Shown here: positions 22,707 through 32,000 of the stretch, in pieces
Layout: each line of letters begins with the position of its first letter
Numbering within the stretch: the stretch's first letter is position 1
Sequence record: CM051313.1
DNA: 32,000 bases
Direction: 5' to 3' (one strand)
Made by a program: the position numbers and the translations under genes
The notes under the pieces: model-generated
Seen by the model: only the letters and a program-made list of their open reading frames with translations
The model's database searches: none
Told to the model about the DNA's origin: nothing

Positions 22707-23110
22707 AAATAGCAGTAAGCATAAGTATGGCCACTTGCTTAAATTTTACAATATTAAAAAAATTCTAGAAATAATAAAGTTTTGGTTGATAAATTTTTAA
22801 CGTTAATTGTTTGTTTAAACTTTATAGATATTGGGACTTAGTAAGTCTAAAGTCGCTAAAAACAACCAGTTTCAGATAAACATTTGTTTCAACTGATTGG
22901 TTCGTTTTGTTTATCCTTAGAGTTTATATATCTTAACTCTATATTAGGTAAACCACTATAATGGTCATATGTTGGAAAAATTCCAATAAATTTCAATTTA
23001 ATGTGGAATTTAAAAAGCTCATATGTACTTAAAATAGACAATTGTTAAACATGAATAGAAAATATTACCTACTTTTATTTTTATAAATACAGCTTTAGCC
23101 ATTATTATAA

Positions 23111-23416
<306 letters not shown>

Positions 23417-23531
23417 TTTTTTGTTATTTACTGCTATTTGGTACACCTTAGTTTCCTAAACTAATTTCTATAAACTACTATTCTTTGCAGTTAACCGGAA
23501 TATAAACATCGACTTTGGGAAACCAGTTGGT

Positions 23532-23582
23532 AAGAACTTGTTGTCTTGCAGCTCTTTGCGCGCTGCCAGACGGCAAGTTCTT
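23532..23582 (+). terminator. Imperfect long hairpin downstream of rps19
   Basis: aagaacttg / caagttctt form outer arms of 9 bp. The inner pairing is gtct.gcagc / gctgc.agac. It lies about 115 nt after the rps19 stop. Confidence 0.4.
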
Positions 23583-24041
23583 TTCCCTTCGGAAGGCAGC
23601 TAATTATGTTTATAGTCTATTTGCAATGCCACTCTGAGTAAATAAATTTCCCCTTTGTGATATTAATATGAGCTGCCACTACCATCCTCTTAGAAGTATA
23701 TAAATATGCACTGGCATCCTAGAGAAATTAATTACTTTTATAGCTATAGAATGCTTGTTAAGGGATTTACTACTATAAAATTAATGTGCTCCTTGGGGTA
23801 AATACACTTAATAAATCCCTTTAGGTATTTAAATAGCCTATTTGGGTAAAGGCTTTTTAAATATGTAATAAATTATATATATTAGTTTTATGTGGTTTTT
23901 TATATCTATGGGAACTTTACTTTTTTATACTGTTAAATTCCTAGTTACGAGTAATAAGAGCCATATTTTTAAAGTTGCTTGTTTTATAAAGATTAAACTA
24001 ATTTTACCATAAGTATTCTGTTTTAATAAATTTATGCCCAT

Positions 24042-24260
24042 GAACGCTGCCAAAGGCGGCAGTGGCTCGCCACTGCCCCCTTACGGGTACATAAATGTCC
24101 TAACTTGATATTTATTTACCTGTAAGGGTTAGCCTATAGGCGAGGTAAATAAATTTAAGTCAGCCATAGCTATTCTAGAGTATAACGTGTACGTATCCTT
24201 ACGGGTACGTACACGTTATACTCAGTTAGCAGGGACTTGTTAGCCTATAAGCGAGATAAG
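24042..24260. repeat. Diverged SDR patch plus a TACGTAC-core hairpin
   Basis: Contains ggcagtggctcgccactgcc and two copies of ttgttagcctata(g/a)gcgag. The hairpin at 24178-24223 has an 18-bp perfect stem plus extension and loop ttac. Confidence 0.85.
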
Positions 24261-24380
24261 TACACTTGGCCAACGGTTTATATTAATATACTCCAGCAGA
24301 AGAACAATTAAAGTAAAATCTAAAAATATCTATCTTTTTGCTGAAGAATTGCGGAAAAATCGATAGTATTGTTCATTGTA

Positions 24381-24417
24381 TAAAGTGTACGTACCCGTTA
24401 AGGGTACGTACACTTTA
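24381..24417. repeat. Second TACGTAC-core hairpin (16-bp perfect stem)
   Basis: taaagtgtacgtaccc / gggtacgtacacttta with loop gttaa. It shares the core gtgtacgta.cc...gggtacgtacac with 24178-24223. Confidence 0.85.
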
Positions 24418-24527
24418 ATGCAAGATAAACAAAAATCAATACATATTACTAGTTACTAGTATAAAGTACAATTGATTTCTGTGTATTTGTAGCTTTTAAA
24501 TTAAATTTTTAATTAACTGTTACATAA

Positions 24528-24962
<435 letters not shown>

Positions 24963-25391
24963 TTATTGTTATTAAAAATGTTGTTTAGAAAGAATTAATG
25001 ATTTAACTTACTTAAAAAGCATAATCTCAAATTAGAGCACAAGTATAATTTAAAAAATATTTAAGAAAATTAAGAGCATAAGTATTGTTTCGCTTTGGCT
25101 CAAAAGCCAATACTAAAGTATATATTACTTTTTGTAAGTTTTTACTTACTCGGTTTGTACCAGGCAACCCTATAAATATAGTAAAATGGAATTAAACTAG
25201 ATATATCTCTTTAAGAAAGATTTTCTCATCAAGGCTGCCCTTTAACTTTAACCTAGAATGACTAAAAGGAGTAAGCAAATACCGAGAAATTTATTTTTTC
25301 ACTTAATGAAAAAATAAATTTTATCTCTTTCTCTTTTAAGCATATAAATATGAAGGTAAGTAAACTCTACTAGGGAAAAGCATAGTGTTGA

Positions 25392-25859
<468 letters not shown>

Positions 25860-25959
25860 AAACTACTTTTTAAATTTTTTTACAATAGTAAAATCGATAG
25901 TTATATGCCCGTTAGAAGATTAACGCCGTCGTATTCACATAGACAATTAATTACTCGAG

Positions 25960-26215
25960 GTTTACTTGCCTAGGACGCCAGTGGCAGTGGTACCACCACT
26001 GCCTATTTTAATACTCCGAAGTATATTTATATGCTTCCCCTTCGGGCAAGTAAACTTAGGAGTATATAAATATCGGCAGTTGGCAGGCAACTGCCACTGA
26101 CGTCCACTAAAATTTATTTACCCGAAGGGGACGTCCTTCGGAGTATATAAATATCCCGAAGGGGAAGGACGGCAGGGGACGTCTCCTTACGGGGACATTT
26201 ATGTCCCCTGCCTTT
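25960..26215. repeat. SDR array, rpl14-rpl5 spacer
   Basis: Contains ggacgccagtggcagtggtaccaccactgcc and ggcagttggcaggcaactgccactgacgtcc. The terminal hairpin is ggcaggggac...gtcccctgcc. Confidence 0.9.
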
Positions 26216-26531
26216 TAATTCGGGGGATATGCTTTGCAATTAGTAGAAAATTGCGAATAGGATTTCCATATAAAATTAAAATAATTCTATCTTCTTTAAA
26301 ATTTGATATGAGTAATATTATAATAAAATGCTTATTAAGTTAAATCTTTTTATAACCAGTTGATTTGGATAAAAAGAACACATAATGCAAAGCCAAAATG
26401 ATAGCTCTCATAAAAGCAGTAGGCGGTGTAACTTTCATTAAAATTTATTTACTTTAAGGTGACGTCCCCTTACGGATATCTAAATATTTACTGTATCCTC
26501 GCTAAATAAATTGCTATATTGTATTGTATAG

Positions 26532-27125
<594 letters not shown>

Positions 27126-27152
27126 AAATCTAAGCAAAGCTCCATTAGAAAT

Positions 27153-27455
27153 TTGTTAGCCCCCATCGGGACGTCAGTGGCAGTTGCCTGCCAACTGCCT
27201 CCTTCGGAGTATTAAAATCCTATATTTATCTACTCCCATGCTTTGCCCCTTACGGGACAATAAATAAATTTGTCCCCCTTCGGGCAAATAAATTGTAGTG
27301 GACGTCAGTGGCAGTTGGCAGGCAACTGCCACTAATATTTATATTCCCGTAAGGGGACGTCCTGCCAACTGCCGATATTTATATACTCCGAAGTATATTT
27401 ATATGCTTCCCCTTCGGGGCTGCACGGCAGCCATATTTATATTCCAGGTAGGGAT
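27153..27455. repeat. SDR array downstream of rpl5
   Basis: Contains gggacgtcagtggcagttgcctgccaactgcctccttcggagtattaaaat and related motifs. Confidence 0.9.
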
Positions 27456-27892
27456 AGGTTAAAAAAATGGCTTTCGCCAAAAAAAAATAAATTAAGGCTA
27501 ACTAAGCTTATTAAAATACAGAGTTTATTTATTCGAAGAGCGCGATCATGGAAATTGACTGCCTCGTTTATTAGATAACTGTTTCAGGTAAATCTATTTT
27601 TTCTCTGGGTAAGTCCACTGCCTTAGTTACCTTAAAGGGTTTATCACTACCACCTATAAAGATCCAGATATATATGGTTTGTATTATTATCTTTTCTTGG
27701 TAATAAAACAAAAATCTTACCAGAGACAAAACGGATAAATCGAACCATATACAACAATAAATTATTTTTTAAAACGCAAGTCCTTTTTTAAGATAGTTAT
27801 TATTAACCATTATGTTGCACATACTCCTCTATTATAATATAAGAATGGACTGCAAGAAATTATGCTTTATCGCTTTCTTTAGAATATACCAA

Positions 27893-28007
27893 TATAGGCA
27901 GTTGGCAGGCAACTGCCTCCTTCGGAGTATATAAATATCGGCAGTTGGCAGGCAACTGCCACTGACGTCCACTAAAATTTATTTGCCCGAAGGGGACGTC
28001 CACTAAA
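27893..28007. repeat. SDR patch upstream of rps8
   Basis: Two copies of ggcagttggcaggcaactgcc plus aaaatttatttgcccgaaggggacgtcc. Confidence 0.9.
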
Positions 28008-28120
28008 GGTTGACACTGTTGACTTGCTTGCAGGAGTTTAACGAGCGTCCTTCTCATATAATATTCAAGACTCAAAAGTATAAAGAGGCACTGTTATGGC
28101 AACTTTTTTAAGAATAATAA

Positions 28121-28603
<483 letters not shown>

Positions 28604-28621
28604 TTTTTTATAAATTTAAAA

Positions 28622-28670
28622 CTGGCTACCTCTGTAAAAATATTTAATATGGCATCACCAGAGGTGCCAG
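28622..28670 (+). terminator. rps8 3' hairpin
   Basis: ctggctacctctg / cagaggtgccag forms 12 bp with one bulge and a 24-nt loop, 19 nt after the stop. Confidence 0.45.
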
Positions 28671-29128
28671 AAATGTATTTACCTTTCCTCCCAAAAACAC
28701 TTATTTTAAAATCTAATTATTGACAGAAGTTGACCTTGTAAATATTACTTAAATTAATTTAGCAGTATGTCAATTTAGTTAGTTATAGTACCACTTTGGG
28801 AGAGGGTATTACATTAATTTATTTTGAAATTTACTTATGGTAAATAGAGATTTGGGAACAACAACTGCTAGCCTACCGATTTACAAAACGTGGTTTTAAT
28901 AATTTATTAATTGGAAGGCGACTGCAAAAGAATATTTTGCAGCATAGGATTTATTTCTAATTTTTCTAAAGTTACCAATTGAGTTAAAAAAAGCTTTCTT
29001 AATTCAACATTTTTAAGTAAATACTGTTTAATGTTATACTTTTACGAATACACATATGGTAAAAAATAAAACAATATCTTTAAAATAAGTAAAAATAATT
29101 TGTAAACCAATAAAAAATATATTTATGG

Positions 29129-29136
29129 TATAATAT
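29129..29136 (+). promoter_or_regulatory. Candidate -10 promoter octamer TATAATAT for psaA exon 1
   Basis: ggTATAATATaac lies about 140 nt upstream of the exon 1 ATG. A GGAG Shine-Dalgarno-like element (taaGGAGaaatccATG) is at 29266-29269. Confidence 0.4.
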
Positions 29137-29275
29137 AACATATGATGTAAAAAAAACTATTTGTCTAATTTAATAACCATGCATTTTTTATGAACACATA
29201 ATAATTAAAAGCGTTGCTAATGGTGTAAATAATGTATTTATTAAATTAAATAATTGTTATTATAAGGAGAAATCC

Positions 29276-29364
29276 ATGACAATTAGTACTCCAGAGCGCG
29301 AAGCGAAAAAAGTAAAGATTGCGGTTGATCGTAATCCTGTAGAAACAAGTTTTGAAAAATGGGC
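29276..29364 (+). CDS. psaA: Photosystem I P700 apoprotein A1, exon 1 only (trans-spliced gene fragment)
   Basis: The ATG opens [30 protein letters not shown], the PsaA N-terminus. The frame then runs into GTGCGAC, matching the group II 5' splice consensus GUGYG. The rest of psaA is absent from the window. The exon end is placed by the GTGCG motif. Confidence 0.9.
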
Positions 29365-29447
29365 GTGCGACCTGAAATAAGGATTTGACTAATTAAATAT
29401 AAAAATTTTTAACTAAAATAAGCTGAAAAAGCTTATTTTAGTTTTAA
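29365..29447 (+). other. 5' fragment of a split group II intron (psaA intron 1)
   Basis: Starts GTGCGACCTG. It is only about 80 nt long before a 13-bp hairpin (29411-29443) and the next tRNA. No domain V or VI is present locally. Confidence 0.7.
29411..29443 (+). terminator. Perfect 13-bp hairpin closing the psaA exon 1 transcript unit
   Basis: aactaaaataagc / gcttattttagtt with loop tgaaaaa. Confidence 0.6.
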
Positions 29448-29520
29448 GCACTGTTGGCCGAGCGGATGAGGCAAACGACTCATAATCGTTATAAGGTAGG
29501 TTCAACTCCTATACGGTGCA
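29448..29520 (+). tRNA. tRNA with anticodon CAU (resembles plastid tRNA-Ile-CAU; elongator Met not excluded; not initiator-like)
   Basis: Acceptor is GCACTGT/ACGGTGC and anticodon stem-loop is AACGA-CTCATAA-TCGTT. The T-arm GTAGG-TTCAACT-CCTAT and the GCA...TGCA ends resemble trnI(CAU). The anticodon stem lacks the three G-C pairs typical of initiator tRNAs. Confidence 0.85.
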
Positions 29521-29874
29521 ACTAAGTAAAGAATAAGCAATACTTCCTTTTCAAAATATGGATGGTCATAATATATGCTATTCTGGTAGAATTTATAACA
29601 AGCCTTTTCAGAAGATATATATATATAACTTTTTATAGTAAACTTGTTGGAGATTTAAATTAACATCTAGGAGCAATCGTCCACTCTAATGAGTTAATAT
29701 AACTCTAAAAGCTGAAAGTAATCCATATTGTTCCTACTCCGGTTTTCTAAGTTATTTTTGTTAAAGGAGTCGTCTGGTTTACTCCAACAAAAGAAATTGG
29801 TTTTATTTTTTCTATGTCATATACATGCGATAGAGTATTAGTTTTTAATACTTGCTTAAAAAAAATTTTTGTGA

Positions 29875-29882
29875 TATAATAT
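29875..29882 (+). promoter_or_regulatory. Candidate -10 octamer TATAATAT upstream of trnG
   Basis: gaTATAATATta ends 17 nt before the mature tRNA 5' end. Confidence 0.4.
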
Positions 29883-29899
29883 TATTAGATTAAGTTAAT

Positions 29900-29971
29900 G
29901 CGGACATAGCTCAATGGTAGAGTATTTCCTTGCCAAGGAAAATGTTGCGGGTTCGACTCCCGTTGTCCGCT
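29900..29971 (+). tRNA. trnG: tRNA-Gly (anticodon GCC)
   Basis: Acceptor is GCGGACA/TGTCCGC, anticodon loop is TTGCCAA, and T-arm is GCGGG-TTCGACT-CCCGT. Confidence 0.93.
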
Positions 29972-30017
29972 AGAAACTAAAGAATAGAAGTTACAACGTA
30001 ATTCTGCGTTGGGTTAA

Positions 30018-30095
30018 TTTATTAACCCCTTAAAGGGGTTGCATTTATTAACCCCTTAAAGGGGTTGCATTTATTAACCCCTTAAAGGGGTTGCA
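30018..30095. repeat. Tandem repeat, 3 x 26 bp, each unit carrying a 17-nt palindrome
   Basis: tttattaaccccttaaaggggttgca repeats three times exactly. The palindrome in each unit is aaccccttaaaggggtt. Confidence 0.97.
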
Positions 30096-30183
30096 TTTAG
30101 AATCCAGGCATCTTGGGTAAATTATGTATAATAAAACTATATTAAAAGTTAATTCATTAAAGCCGTTTATTTAAAATAAATAA

Positions 30184-30963
<780 letters not shown>

Positions 30964-30994
30964 TTTAATCGGTAAAATTCCCAGGTAGTTGCAC

Positions 30995-31750
30995 CTTTCC
31001 CTTCAGGACGTCCCCTTACGGGAATATAAATATTAGTGGACGTCCTAAGTTTACTTGCCCAATATTTATATTAGGACGTCCCCTTCCCCTTACGGGACAA
31101 TAAATAAATTTGTTGCCTGCCAACTGCCTAGGCAAGTAAACTTAGGGATTTTAATGCAATAAATAAATTTGTCCCCTTACGGGACAATAAATAAATTTGT
31201 TGCCTGCCAACTGCCTCCTTCCTCCTTCGGAGTATGTAAACCCCTTCGGGCAACTAAAGTTTATCGGAGTATATAAATATCGGCAGTTGGCAGGCAACAA
31301 ATTTATTTATTGTATATAAATATCCACTAAAATTCATTTGCCCGAAGGGGACGTCCACTAATATTTATATTAGGACGTCAGTGGCAGTGGTACCGCCACT
31401 GCCTGCTTCCTCCTTCGGAGTATGTAAACCCCTTCGGGCAACTAAAGTTTATCGCAGTATATAAATATAGGCAGTTGGCAGGCAACTGCCACTAATATTT
31501 ATATTCCCGTAAGGGGACGTCCTCCTTCGGAGTATGTAAACCTGCTAGCGCAGCAAATAAATTTTATTCTATTTTAATACTCCCAAGTTTACTTGCCCGA
31601 AGGGGAAGGAGGCAGTTGGCAGGCAACAAATTTATTTATTGTCCCGTAAGGGGAAGGGGACGTCCTAGTATATAAATATCGGCAGTTGGCAGGCAACAAA
31701 TTTATTTATTGTCCCGTAAGGGTTTGCAAGAATACTGTAAGGGGATGTCT
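30995..31750. repeat. SDR array downstream of rps4 (largest in the window)
   Basis: Holds the same motif families as the other arrays. It contains the 101-bp module 31371-31471 and a partial extra copy at about 31218-31266. Confidence 0.92.
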
Positions 31751-31870
31751 TTTTAAATTCAATTCAAAAAAATCAAATAAAAACTATTATAATTTTGACC
31801 AAATTACCAAATAAATTACCAGATTAAATGTATTTTATTTTCCAAATTATACCAGTAATTGGTTCTCTTA

Positions 31871-31898
31871 AATTAAATTAAATTAATTTAATTTAATT
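31871..31898. repeat. 28-nt perfect A/T palindrome
   Basis: aattaaattaaatt / aatttaatttaatt. Confidence 0.9.
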
Positions 31899-31908
31899 CA
31901 TATTAAAA

Positions 31909-31984
31909 AAGTGTAAAATAAAGTGTAAAATAAAGTGTAAAATAAAGTGTAAAATAAAGTGTAAAATAAAGTGTAAAATAAAGT
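31909..31984. repeat. Tandem repeat, 6 x 12 bp (aagtgtaaaata) plus a partial unit
   Basis: Six exact consecutive copies at 31909-31980, followed by aagt. Confidence 0.97.
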
Positions 31985-32000
31985 ACCCCAATAAACCTAT

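Overview
This window reads as green-algal chloroplast DNA. I recognise it as the Chlamydomonas reinhardtii plastome, or a very close relative. Gene order is petA, petD, trnR, chlB, trnP, psbK, tufA, trnE on the + strand. A minus-strand block follows: trnC, trnT, trnR, rpl20, trnS, trnW, clpP, trnL, petB. The + strand then carries chlL, rpl36, rpl23, rpl2, rps19, rpl16, rpl14, rpl5, rps8, psaA exon 1, tRNA(CAU), trnG, rps4. There are no rRNA genes, CRISPR arrays or recognisable transposase genes. Many of the larger intergenic spacers, especially after rpl36, are filled with G+C-richer short dispersed repeats (SDRs) built from a few hairpin-forming motifs. Examples are CCCGAAGGGGACGTCC, GGCAGTTGGCAGGCAACTGCC, GGCAGTGGCGGTACCACTGCC, AATAAATAAATTTGT and TATATAAATAT. 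The most unusual points are listed here. (1) A stand-alone psaA exon 1 runs into a group II 5' splice site, which indicates trans-splicing. (2) SDR-like sequence is translated in frame inside the chlB insertions. (3) clpP carries an in-frame insertion of about 287 codons. (4) rps4 contains a duplicated S4 RNA-binding domain. (5) A perfect 42-bp-arm palindrome sits between trnT and trnC. (6) Composite repeat modules of 72 to 101 bp are near-identical between distant spacers. (7) A 506-bp ORF-free, repeat-free segment between trnE and trnC may encode a non-coding RNA. Most of this matches known C. reinhardtii plastome biology. I see no convincing evidence for a wholly new system, so the candidate ncRNA and the SDR-into-CDS observation are the most open items.
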